Source of the DNA: Balanoglossus misakiensis | Lineage: Eukaryota > Animalia > Hemichordata | NCBI GenBank assembly: GCA_040954595.2 | Contig: CM082596.2 | Span: 4,856,181-4,920,180, forward strand | Reading direction: 5' to 3' | Length of the DNA stretch: 64,000 bases | Made by a program: the position numbers and the translations under genes | The notes under the pieces: model-generated | Database searches by the model: none | What the model saw: the letters and a program-made list of their open reading frames with translations, nothing else | What the model was told of the DNA's origin: nothing | Part shown: positions 35,928 through 49,152 of the stretch, one piece after another | Layout of the letters: each line of letters opens with the position of its first letter | How positions within the stretch are numbered: the first letter of the stretch is position 1

Positions 35928-38900
35928 GTTTCCGTTGTCTCTTCAAAAATCTACTACGACAGGACTCTTGAGAAACGCAGAGATTGTTTCTTAAAGCGCA
36001 GTCTTCAGTATCGACCGTGCTTCAGGTATATATAAAGATCAGCGCCACGTCAACCGTGAAATGAAGCGCTCTTCTTAACTGAATCTGATGATCTCATTCG
36101 ACAAATCCACACTTAAGCGGCACTGCAAAGGGTTCTTCCACTGCGTTATACTGAAACACATCTCCAGGCGAATTCAACTTTAAATCAACAAGCGCTCTCT
36201 TTTCCCTATTTTCCTCTTAGTTACCGGGTGATTGGGAGACGTTATCGTCTAAGTGGTAAAACGAGTGTTAATCACACGACTGGTTGGAGACAATTTTCTC
36301 GTGTCCAGTTGATCGTGGGAATAGAAAGTGCGCCCTGAGCAGAGTTTCCGTGGGAACCTCGAAATGCTGGTGGTTTAGAGGCTATATGCGATCTTGCATT
36401 TCGCGCAATGCCCGACACATGCCGCTGTTTACAAAGGTACGCTCCGTCTGCCTGTAAGGGAAGAGCAAAAAACGCAGATGCAAGAACGTGAAGCTTTTCA
36501 GTGATAACGGATAAGATGAAAATCCAGTATGCAGAACACTGTAAATTCCAGCAGTATACACCTACCAGTGATGTACCGGTACAGTCGTGTGATTGCAGCT
36601 TGCTGTATAGAAAATGACGAGTTGCTCCCAAATCCCGAGAGAGACATCACTGTAATGTTTGATTTTGATTGTTAACTCCAGTGATCTCACGCATGCAAAA
36701 TATTCAACTAAGGTTTGATCCTAAGTACATTAAAAAAGCGAAGAAAAAATCTCCGCACAGAGCTGGTCGTGACATTTATAAACACCCTGTTATGCTCATC
36801 ACGACTGTTGCTAGGATACCAAACGCGTTCGCAAGACACGTTTCCACGTCTGCTCGGATAGTTCAGTAGTTGCACCACCCCTGCTGTCAGTTGCACACAA
36901 ATTTGAATTGCAAATTATTACACAACATGGAGTAAACGTGTTTTAAATGTTGAAGTGACATTGAACCAAGTTTGCTTTTTACTTAAAGTCAGAAGCACCT
37001 AACTGTCTACATTTTCTATTTAAAAAATGACTTTGCTTGTTCTTGGGATTAAATTTCAGCTGAATACTGATTTTTTCCCCTGACAGTATTTGGAATTGTT
37101 TACATTACTTGTCATAAACATAGTTTTGATTATTGTAACAAACAATTAACACTTCTTGAGGACCCCAATAAATCAATTAAGAATCGCAGTTGTTTTCGAG
37201 CGAAAAAAAAATGGCACGATCATATATTTCTGGTTTCAGAAAACAAACATCAAAACAGGTACATGACACGAATGTGAATCCAATTTACCAGAGTTCTTTC
37301 GGCAAGCGCTAGGCCGACCGTAATTTAAGCTGACATGTTTTGACAGATATGGCGTAAAATGGCGCGAGTTTCTAGATTGCCTGGGGCACCATTAATGCGC
37401 GAGATCTGGCAGCTCTAATGTGTAAGACATATTTACAACTTTGGCTGTCGTTCACTTGTAGTCCATGCGGGCATAAGGCATATCAGCTCATATGTCAACC
37501 GTAAAAGTTATCGTGCGGTCGTACCCGGGTAGGTTTGACAAGATTAGGCTACGTCTTATCGGATAAGGCGAACTTATTCATTTTTTCATATTTATACCTG
37601 GAGCTCGGTGTCTCAATAAATGACAGGTCCCGTCGCCGTGGAATTTTATAGAATTATGAGAAATTGAAATCGCCGAAAAGGCACGCAGAAGTCGCTAATT
37701 GTATTGTCCACCGAGTGAAAATGACCGCTTGTGTTACGCATGAGCGAACGCGTTTCGTGTGTACATTCATTTCATCAAACCCGTTTAATACGTGCGCGGC
37801 GCCACGATGTCTGAGAGAGTTACAGGGATGATCGGCTGTGTTGTGGCAAATCGAAAAAGTAAGCAACGGTGCCAAGGTAGAGAAACTGGTCTAAGATATG
37901 ACGTTCAAATCAGGAAATACTGAAAAATAAAGAAGCATTATAATACCGTTGTAATGAGGAACAATAGTATTATCCCCGTGTTTGATATCTGATGGTATAT
38001 TATATTGATTATTGTCAAAGACATTGATTATCGGTGTATTTTTCACACCTACAAAATTTAAAACTCGTGCCAATCGATATAGCAATTTTTTTGTGCTAAG
38101 CTGACATTCAAAGTGTTAATAGCTATCGATTCCTCGCGTTCCCAGGATTGCTGTCGTTGAAGTTTTTTTTAAGGCGGTTAACGACCAATGTATCAGGGTG
38201 CCCAGTGAACAGCACACGACGTTAATGGCATTGACACTTGGCGCAAACCACCCATCGAAGCGGAAATTAAACTCTCTCGTTTCAGAGTAACTAGCGTCTG
38301 TGAGTTCAACATTCTCGGCAAGACTTCCCAGTGGACAAGAGAAAACACCGTACATGTATTTTAAGCGAAGAACCCTTTCAATATCGTGACATATATATGC
38401 AGATATTTTACCCTTGTGGTAATGCAAAATTACTTACAGTAAACTCAAGACTTATCTATTAATGTATTTTTCATAATCGTTACGATTTCGTTTCACTAAC
38501 GCATTTTTACCTACTTTGCGCATTATTCAAAATAGTTTAATATATCTAAAGTATTGAAATTGAAAAACTATCAATCAACACATACAAAATGCCCAATAAC
38601 CTAGCGAACTTAACACACATTCGATTATTCAGCGATATTTTGCGTGCCTGATGAATTAATTATGAAACCAAAAAAGAAGAAGGCCAGGAAATGAAAGGCT
38701 GGAACTTAATAATTTGATTAGATTAAGATTAAAGTGATTCATCATGGCGGTCGTTTTTTACGGCAATAGATAATATGCCTTTACTTAGCTAGGATGCTTT
38801 GATTTGCTTCCAGCGAAATAAATAAATAACCCGTTGTTTGGATTTTCAATATTTAATTTCTAATGGTCATGTTAGTGCCTTCCTCAATTTTCCAGAAATG

Positions 38901-39648
38901 TCTAAAATTGAACCCAGGACGGCTGGTACATCAATTTCTTGCTTTAGAGCTATCCAGTGTTTATTATCTAAATTGGATAAAACACCTCCAGACGTAGAAA
39001 CCTTAATAGAGTGTATACACGGAGAAGTGCGTCACGCGATGGTAAAAACAAACACACCCTCCCTGCTAGTTTGATCATATCGAATTTGCAACAATATGAC
39101 GAGTTGTAGAGAGAACATAACTAGAACAGAACGGATGCTATATCACACGTCCGCACAGCAATCTCTTTATCTTCCCTGTGGCCCCAAGAATGTTTCACAA
39201 AATAAAGTCGATTATTATGTCACTTGTACAAAGGCTTGGAGCAAGTGTGCGTCCCCTCTAGAAAAATAGGGACTTAATATTCTGAGCCAGGAAATACGGT
39301 GCTAATATTCGAGAAATAATGCGCTAAGGTTTAATGTTAAAGGTAAAGTCTACTTTTTGATAGAAGACTTATAAGGTCGCTGTTGCGTAAGCATTGGCTT
39401 ATACCGATGAATTCAACGTGTATCTTCTTCTAAAATGTTGAAAGGGCAGCGAAAATAGTGATGGGGGAAAATGAGTGTTATTATTACAACTTCATATTAT
39501 TCTATTGTTTGCTAATATTCCTAGAATCGATATGTCGGTATTTACCTGCAACAGTATTGATTTCATTTTTGCGTTGATTTTCCTTATCATTTCCGCTGCG
39601 TTTTCAACGCTCTTATGCTCAATGACACTAAGGTTGAGCACATACGGG

Positions 39649-39663
39649 TGATGATGATGATAG

Positions 39664-39724
<61 letters not shown>

Positions 39725-39740
39725 AATGATGATGATGATA

Positions 39741-39775
<35 letters not shown>
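39649..39775. repeat. (TGA)n trinucleotide microsatellite
   Basis: Directly visible, ~42 units with a few interruptions. Confidence 0.95.
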
Positions 39776-40967
39776 ACAGCCTAAATAAATCCTTGTCAAT
39801 TGACAACAACCACTGAACACTTAAAATCCCTGTAGAGTAATCTGTGGTATACCATTGGCAAATTTTCAACTGCCGGATTAAAATATGTAAGCTTATCGAT
39901 GGTCATTAAAAGTTCTCATGTCAATAGTTGCCCCTATGATGGAAAATATAACTATAATTGCCCTAGTCAGACAACACATTACACGTATTTTAGATTCTGA
40001 CACAGCCAAAGTCATAGCTGATAAAAGTACATTCGAGTCAGTTGGGTGACTTTGAAACAGGATAATAGGATCTGAAATGAAACCAGCATTTGCGTCAACA
40101 CCCTAAGCAAAGATATACGCATTGAATTCAACACCATATTAATCAAGATCTGGTGAAAGAAAATTCTGAAACAGGGAGGATAATATAACGCTGTGAAGCT
40201 CAGCACGTGACAAGCCCTCACATTGTCATCTCTCCTTTGAGAATCCAGGATCACCAACTTGAATACTCGCCGTCAGAGCTAATGGTGAGTTGCTGTGCTA
40301 TCAGTTGTCATACCGGTATATCGTGAGAAAAGTCATCGCGTCACTAAACGTTGTTCACATCCGTCAATCTGACTGATATTTAGTGCGACATGAAGTAACT
40401 GTACTTTGAGGAATACTAGATACTAGGCCACTTCTGCACCTGGTACCTCAATTTTAACAGACCGCACTCCAGTTCAACCCACAAACCACCATTTTACACG
40501 CGGCCTTACTGCATATGACACCATGTAAAGGCCTCAACTGGGCCGACGCAATGCATCTACAGGTGATTTGCACGGAAAACTGGCGGACAGGCTTTCAAGC
40601 GATCTGTAAATAATGTCGGTGCTTTGAAGATTGTTATTAGGCCGAGAGAAATTAAGATCTTGACGGTCCGCCTTTGAAATTTAAGGTTTCAATATGTTCG
40701 CCATCCACACGTGCTCGTAAAATTTTGAATAATGAAAGGTTTTCCATGGAACCAAGTCCCGCCCTTAATTAGTCATTTTTATGAGAGGTTTTCATGAATT
40801 TGACATTTTGATCACCGAACAAGAGTTGAACGAATTGCAGTGCTGTCCGTGGGCACTTATACTGGAAAATTTGCAGTGTGGTGAGTGAAATTCTGAGAGA
40901 TCAAGTTTGAGGTCACCTCGTACACGTAACGGCGTGCCTAATTTTATTAGTTCAAAGTTCGAATAGT

Positions 40968-41082
40968 GAATAAATGAATGAATGAATGAATGAGTGAATG
41001 AATGTATATATGAGCGAATGAACAAGCAAATGGATGGATGGATGGATGAATGAATGAATGAATGAATGAATGAATGAATGAA
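40968..41082. repeat. (TGAA)n/(TGGA)n microsatellite
   Basis: Directly visible. Confidence 0.9.
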
Positions 41083-41719
41083 TTTCTCATAGTTTACTCT
41101 CTCTGACTCCTCGAGCTAGTACAATTAATATCAATAATAGTCTGAGGTTGTTTATTTGCTTTGAGCAATTACAGTAGGGGCACTGTGATAGACATTTTAA
41201 AATGTTTTCAGCCTACACACAGAAATATCCTAATTTTAGCTAGTAATTCAATTTGTGTGTATCCAACCATATATGGTATTTCTCGAGTGACCTGCCGCAG
41301 AAGTCGTCTTACTTTCCAACGATCAATCACTCATCGCATCTTACAACGGTGGACGCGCAAAAAACCTCGGCGCTATTATTAATTGCCCTAAAGCCACTGA
41401 ACAAATACCCGGATTCGAACCTTCACTTATCCCGCCATTGTCAGCACAAAAGCCTGCGTAAAGTGGTTCCATTTTTTTTACGCGATGACACGTCCATTAG
41501 CAATCCCGACCCATTACCGTGATTGACATTCGGAGAGCAGAGTCTGTTTGACGACACGGATCATTTCATTCTGAAAAATGAACTATCGATATCAATTTCA
41601 TTCTTTTGAATCTGAAAATGAACTATCAATTTACGGGATTGAATTTTACACTCAACTGCGCTTTTGCGGTCACTACCATATTTTCTCAATTTATAAGGCT
41701 GTGTTCACAAAAACCAAAC

Positions 41720-41746
41720 GGGGGGGGGGGGGGGGGGGGGGGGGGG
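41720..41746. repeat. Poly-G tract (27 nt)
   Basis: Directly visible. Confidence 0.95.
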
Positions 41747-44700
41747 ATAATAGGAATCGTTTTATCTGGCTTACACTGTCCAGGTTACAAAACAAAACAC
41801 TTGCACAAAACAGAGACTACTTAGTCAAGGACCCTTACACTTACGCCCCAAGTGCTAATAGTCTATTAATACACTTGACTACAAGTGGGAACGTGACTTC
41901 ACAGAATCCAGTTCTACTCCAACCTGCCCTTACATTTCAATTGCGAGAAAGTGTCATTGTTGATCTTATGCCAACAAAATAACATGGTAAAGATTGCTTG
42001 CAAGACATTTTGGCAAAGAACATAAGTTTATATTATTCTGTACTTTTCTGGCTTGTACTGTGTCAATCTAATGATACGTGTGACGACAGGCCGTGGTTGT
42101 GGGAAAATGTAATTACAAGCACCTGAATAGTTGTACGTAATCGAAGTATGGACGTATACGAGTGTGTACGCCTACATTAAAGGGCCGACAACCCATAATG
42201 TTTTGACACCGTTTTTTTTGAAGAAGCGAGAGAAACTCAGTTTGTTTCAGATAAACCGATAGAACATCACAGATAAACGTCGCCGCAAAGATAACATTAA
42301 TCGACAGGGCCGCGTTAATATCACCCGGGCCTGTCAGCACCCGTTATTTCGCTTTTTTTCGGCATCTCAACTGTTGAGTCAAAGATGCTCTACCGTGCAG
42401 TCGCCTGAAAGGAACCCGGGTTAATTACAGGAGTAAAAGGCGAGAAAATGACCATTAGCGGCTAGATAAAAAGGTGAATTTTTACAGTATCATTATAGGA
42501 ATGCACTTCTGGATGTGCTGATTCGTGATTTTTGCACAAGATTATCAGACAGCGGTGTCAAGTTAAAGAAAGATATTACTACGAATAAAATAACACGTTT
42601 GGCGTGTTTTCTTTCTTGAAAACTGTAACGCATTCTGTGAAAAAACATAAGAGCTTGTATTACGTTCAAATGACAGCTGAGTTACCTAACAGGCTGTACA
42701 CTTTCAAAAGTCAACTGCTGAACACGGAATGAAGGAGAACGTGTTCTGATGCTTGGCTGGTCAGGGAACAGCGATTAGTTTAAATTTATTGAAGGCCTAC
42801 GATGATCGACCACTGAAGTCTGCGATAATTCAACTGCAAAGTTTTATCGCGGATATAACATCGCGTTTGAACTCAGAGAAGCTCGTCGCACCACGAACAC
42901 AGATAATCTCTGAAATTTATAAATTCATAAAGCTTATCTCCGTAAGCTTTCTGACAAAAGACAAGAATTCAAAAATACTATTTATGATCAGAAAATTCAC
43001 GAAGCTACTGTCCTTTAACTGAGTATTTTCCTTATCAATGCTCAAGATAGGCATTAAGATAAGGCAGTACTGTAGTATTGGCTATATAAAGGTTTATTTT
43101 AGTTGACATGTATATCTGTCTGTTTTTCGGCTTCCTACCGCTTTGTAACCATGGTGACACGGTAAACACTCACAAAATAAGGTCTTGTCTGATAAATGCC
43201 TGCGGTCCAAGGCAGTCGGATAAGCTTTGCAAATCTGTCTCCAATGTCATTTCATTATTCGCACAGATTTCAACCCTTATTGGGATTCAGAGCTTTGGGG
43301 TTTGAAAATTTGGTCTTTCAAGTGGGTATAGTGCATGTTGCTAGTAAAGGGCTTCAAAGAAGTGAAAGTGAATAGGCTAAAACTGGCACAGATCGCTCTG
43401 GTTTTTCACATACGCTTTGATAAAAACCCCTACTATAGCAAGATAACGTTTACCTGTTATAACCACAGGGCATGCACTTGTTACCGCGAGATAGGTTTAT
43501 TATATGTTAAATCACAGCCACCAGGATTGAATTATATTGGCACGAAATCTACTCAGACTGCAGAAAACTGTCTAGATTGTAAATAGAAGATGCGAAACAT
43601 TCCCATCTTAATCTCCTTGAATAAACCGAACGGACCCAACAGAAGGGATTAAATCGTACAGGTCCAATATTGCGAAAGTGTCGTTGCCATGGTAAACAAT
43701 CTGCAAGGCAAGCAATCGAAATGGTTCTCTTAAAGGTCGCTAACATTGATATTGGTGCCATTACTGCTAATTCAGCGATCGATTGTTCTGGCAATGACTT
43801 GCTTAATTGACCGCAAACACCCAGGTACACCGCGCTGCATTATTTCGGATTATTTCTCAATATTTGCTTCCACGATGTACGCCAAATTGATTCCCCTTAA
43901 ATGTGATTGCGTTGTCAGTATATTCAATATCGCAGTTGATTGATAAATTTAAACTGCTGGAAGACTGACAGATAGGGCTTAAATTCTAATCTTTGTAATT
44001 GGTTTGCTCTTGTGATAACCAGGTGTATACAAAAGGGGGGGGCTGTTACAAGGAATTGGTCGTGGTGTGCGTTTTCTGGAAAAGCAGTCGGAATAAGTCC
44101 ATCTGTAATGAATACACAACGCGATAATCAGGAAGCCCCGGGAAAAAACACGGCGCAAGCCATTACGATAAATCGGTTGTTGTTTACAGCCAGTTTTCTT
44201 CATCCTTCGCTCAGTTGCAACGTGCTCGCAATACGTAATGCATTTCACACAATAGCCTCTGCGCCGTACATGGGTTGCATTTCCTTATTTCAAACGCACA
44301 GAACACCATTCAACGTCATCAACGCGCGCACACGTTCATCAAACATGTTTACTTTTACTGCTTTCGTTTGTTGCTTATAGTTTTCCAAATCTTAATTTGC
44401 TCATTTTCTGTTCTGTATTGTTTCACTGGTATACTTTTATGTCTTGGTATTTCTTATTGTTATATCTAATCTTCATGAATTTTTTATTCAGTGATAGAAA
44501 CTGCATCTATAGAATCATTTTTGACTTATATTAGAGTATTACAATTATACTGTAAAACATGTCTTTTTAGCTTAAGCTTGTTATTTGAGCTAATTTAGAT
44601 GCGTACGTGAATTCGCCGCTATTCAAGATACCCCTTATTCAAAACTTAGTTTGTTTCTCAATATCTGAATAAGTAAATGTTCAGTATGAATAACTGACTT

Positions 44701-45289
44701 ATTTTTATACACATCTTGTGTGTAATGAGTCCTACCTCTGTCACGCACCATATTTGATTGTGCGACCGCATGCCAGTAATGTAGGGTACCATCATTCGCA
44801 AAGATGAGGTGCTCACTCAACACCGACCCACGGACGAGCAAAGCTCGGGTTCCCGTAAAGCCAACAACATGCGAGAATACACAAAGACTCTGAACCAAAA
44901 ATCGCTGAAGGTATATTCTGTTCTGATTCTAGTAAAGACATGAGATTAGCACTTTACCTGGTTCAGGCACCTTTGGACAAGTTTACAAAGAGAGTATATA
45001 CACACGCGTCAGAGTGTTGAACTAACTGCAGAGCCCATACGGGTGCAGCTCATTGGCGCAAAGGATACAGGCCAGCCAGCCAGTCTGATGTTGGCGGTAC
45101 AACTTACAACTATGGTCTGATATCAGGTTGTGCGCAGTATGTTTCAAGCTCTTCGGTCACTAAATGCAAATTTAATGAAAATTACCATGGAAAGTGGAGA
45201 GTCAGCTAATTAGTTTTCACTTGGGTGATCACGCAAGAAAAAGTGCACTGCTAAATTGTCATTAAATAACTCAGACACGCCCTTTTTAA

Positions 45290-45463
45290 AGGATTACAGC
45301 CCCCTCCAATTTACATATGTCCACGATTGGCTAAAATGACATATCTGAGTGTTCTAAAGAACGTATGGTGGCGCTCTTTTATTCCTGTGTTCCACCCACT
45401 GAAAATCTATGATTGGCTAGTTCCCAATTTTCCATGGTAACTGTTGCATAGGCAACCGTATAC
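45290..45463. mobile_element. Second, diverged copy of the Kolobok-like MITE
   Basis: Shares CCTCCA.TTTACATAT.TCC, GAGTGTTCTAAAGAAC.TATGGTGGCGCTCTTTT, CCACCCA.TGAAAATCT.TGATTGGCTAG and TTGCATAGG with 4183-4356. Left TTAA retained, right end eroded. Confidence 0.75.
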
Positions 45464-47185
45464 GTGAGGGATGATTGTATTAATTAAACCGCAACTTATG
45501 AATGTATAATGACTCGACTCGAGTCCATCCACCACATCGCAATATGAATGCACCACTTCGTTGTCATAGTGACGGAATGATGTCAACGTCGCCGAACGCC
45601 ACACCATGACGTGGACTGAACATTTCAAGAGGTATAGTTTATGCCAATTGTACTATCTTTTATTTATATTGCATTTAATAATGAAAGCCATGCTATCATT
45701 TTCATATAATGCCAAATAAATATTTCTCTCGCGTAATGATTATCATAAGTTAAAAGGGGAGAGTTGTCTAAACTGCACATGCACTTATGCAGAAACTAAT
45801 GTTTGGGCTATGCTTTTCGTATGTATGTATGTTATAACTTAACATTTTTTGGTCATACCAAACTTAATATTTCATGGAACGGAGTGTTGTTTGTCGTCAT
45901 GACGTTCGCTTTACGCAGGAGAGGCATAGAACTGCTCACGGCTACGAGCATTAAGTTTCACAAACTCAAAGCACCTCGGGTGTTTACTATTATGAACTCT
46001 GAATAATTCAGGGTTCAAACCAGGGAACGTTAGGTTGCATTTAACTCTGATTGCCCGATTGAGGTTCATGGCTTCGGTCGTGAAAAAACTCAAGGTGCAC
46101 CACATCAGTGGTCCAGTTTGACAAAATTTGTATAATCGATGTTCAACTGCAAAATTGCGGCATTAACCGGCCAACAGTTAAGCGCGCACATATTGATCTG
46201 ATTGGCTGTATTGTGTGTTGGGACTCTTGGCTGCAGCGGACAATTTCTCTTTAATCAGCTTCAAAGAAGCGCGCCACGGACATCAAACGCAGCGACCCCG
46301 AAATAGTTTGTCATTTCGCTGGATGTTGATTCGGCGCTTCTGCATATTTCACGACAACACTGATATCAGTTTCACCACGAAGATTTCAATTCTAATATCT
46401 AATGTCAAAATGATGCAAAATGCATTAGCAGACTGAACCGATTTGCGGCGAATTTCGTAACTGAAAGCTAGGATTGTGTCTATGAAGATGAGATAAAACG
46501 TTACAAGACCAAAAGTTTGTCGATAAAAGATCCACAAGGATTTGCTCTTTTTTTCTTTTTATCTGCCTGAACTCAGTTTACATTTTTACAAGCTGTCACA
46601 AATTGGTTCATAATGTAGAGAGACGATATCAAGGGCTTTTTATCAGTTTTTCACAATACCTTGTGGCAGGTAATAATATTCTTGGCCTACTGTCAATGCA
46701 TGCAATGGGAATAAGCATTTTAACTCTGTGTCCAGGCATGGCCGTTTTCTGTGAACAACCTTATATAGCATTGTGTTGACGATACAATACATCATTTTAT
46801 ATTAATATTTACCTTCGGAGGAAACAGTATCTTAACATCTTCGATCGGTAGGATTTATTATTGCTTGTGGCATAATATTAACTTTAATAAAATGCAATAT
46901 TTAGAGGCTATTCGATTACTAGGAATTATTGTTCTTCCCCCAAAATAAACACTGTGATAAAAGAATACATTTGCCCACGAAATATGATGTTGGGGAGAGT
47001 ATTAAACTGCACACATCACTGCTTCATATTTCTGCCTTGTGTCATCTAAGTGTCATTTCTTCCTTCCTGATTTATAACAAAGAGTAAGCAAGTCCGGAAG
47101 ACGAGGCTCCTGTCTTATTATGTGATTCTGGTGTTTAGTGTCACAGGTTTTCTTCAAGGTTCAGTTTATACATTTTCAAGTTTTC

Positions 47186-47439
47186 AACCAACCAATTAAA
47201 AGCCAACCAACCAACCAACAAAAAAACAACCAACCAACTAATGGCCAACCAGCCAACCAATTAAAAGCCAACCAACCAACCAACTAACGGCCAACCAACC
47301 AACCAATTAAAAGCCAACCAACCAACCAACAAAAAAACAACCAACCAACTAACGGCCAACCAACCAACCAACCAATTAAAAGCCAACCAACCAACCAACC
47401 AACTAACAAAAAAACAACCAACCAACAAACCAACCAACG
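47186..47439. repeat. Compound (CCAA)n satellite with higher-order units
   Basis: CCAA runs punctuated by recurring blocks CCAATTAAAAGCCAA (4x), CAAAAAAACAA (3x) and CTAAYGGCCAA (3x). Confidence 0.9.
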
Positions 47440-49152
47440 CCTACCCTGGTACAGTAAATTATAAAACCAACTGCGCACAAAACTTAAGCTGCCTCAACTT
47501 TACAGTTATATAATCCGTGTTCATCTACCCACAAAGATCAATCCATTTTCACACCAAACCTGACCTCCTATTCCTATGTGCGACATTCATTTTCTTTTGA
47601 ATTTCTCAATCAGGGAAAGTACGTACACGTATTGATGGAATTGATAATCACACTCGTAGCATTTATGTGTTCTAATGGCTTTTTAAAGCACAGCGAATTA
47701 CGTAGTACGCGCAGCTTACATCATAATCAATCTATACAATATGGATTATAATGTAGTAATAGAAGAAAATAATGCAATTCACACCTCAATAACACAAGCA
47801 ACAAAGCAACGCTTCCACCCCTCTGCCCTTAATGCACTATTCAGGAGACATATGTTTTGTAAATCTCATTTCTTGCGGCGCTTTTGACAGTCTGCGAATT
47901 GTGGGGGTCGAGATATCTGCAAGGAAGTGTCCACTGGCTTTGTGAGGTGATAGCAATGACAGGTCACATTTTTTCGCGCTTCAAGAAATACTGAAAATAT
48001 GAAAGTACAGCTGGTTCAAAGATCTGCAGAAATCCGGGTACCCGGCAAACAACGGCAAGGAATTTCCCCATTTTCCCTTCGTTTTATTTGCGAAACCCTA
48101 TTATATGTAATGTTATATACTACTGGCACCTTCTTTCATGAACTCACTATCCAATATAACTAATGGTGTTAATTACATGTGGCCACAAAATGACATGGCT
48201 TCTGCAGATTGCATGAGCAAATCGCAAATGGTGCGGGTACATTGCCCTGGTCCCTACAGTACAACCCAGACCACATCTGATGCAAAATAATGTTGTCTAT
48301 TAATAAAATTCATTTGCCCATGGGAATTTCACCCGATTCACCTCAATTTTGTGCTTGCTTTTAGTGAAGAAGTAACAGACACATGCAGACCGCACCTCAT
48401 GTGGTGTTGACGACAATTGCACTGCATTTTTTTTCATGATGGCTCTTTTTGCCGTCGGCTGTTATCTCGGTTGCAGTCTCGTGGGATTTGAAGATGCGAG
48501 AACATAGTCATTATTTTAGGAATACATGTTTCATCACTCATGGCAATTAGACGTAGGGGGACACTTCCTGTGGCCAGTTTCAAGTTCGCCTGAATGACAT
48601 CATTTGGTAGAGTCAGTTGCTTTGAAAGTCAGCTATGTATTGCTTTTTATTGCATAAAAACGACCGGTTACAAAATATAATACAAATATAAAATGTTGGT
48701 AACATTTTGCCTGTTGAAACTCATTCAGTTAACAACTGTTCAAAGACTGTACAAATTCATTCAATTAAAATCAGCTGTGTGTATTTCACTAACATATGGT
48801 TTAGGTCATATTAATTAATTCATTCATTAATCAATTAAGGATTCTTGTGTGGCAATCAATGCTGTTGGTAAAGTGAAGAAATTTGGTACGATATTGGCGA
48901 GTATGTATGGCACATGTGAACACTGTCACAGATATACCATGTCTGCAGAGTAGAAAACTAAGAATTTGATAATGTATTTAAACAGAACTTGAATTACCAA
49001 TGCAGCAATCAAATGGCTATTTCCACTCGTCTTCTCGGGTACATAATGTATTTTTGTATCAAACAGCTCCTGACACTCTATTTCAAATATAAACTTCATT
49101 TTTTCCGATTTCGCTACAAAAGTGTAAATGACAGAGTTCTCTACAAGATTGC

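Noticed and set aside
34788-36035. 415-aa + strand ORF and 358-aa alternative-frame ORF over the GPCR
   Set aside because: Shadow ORFs caused by high GC3 of the GPCR coding strand; no recognisable motifs.
41290-41522. Open frames with plausible composition (PAAEVVLLSNDQSLIASYNGG..)
   Set aside because: Short, with no consistent splice or start context and no recognisable domain.
46005-46100. B-box-like GGTTCAAACC suggesting a tRNA or SINE
   Set aside because: No A-box or cloverleaf could be built, and no second copy was seen.
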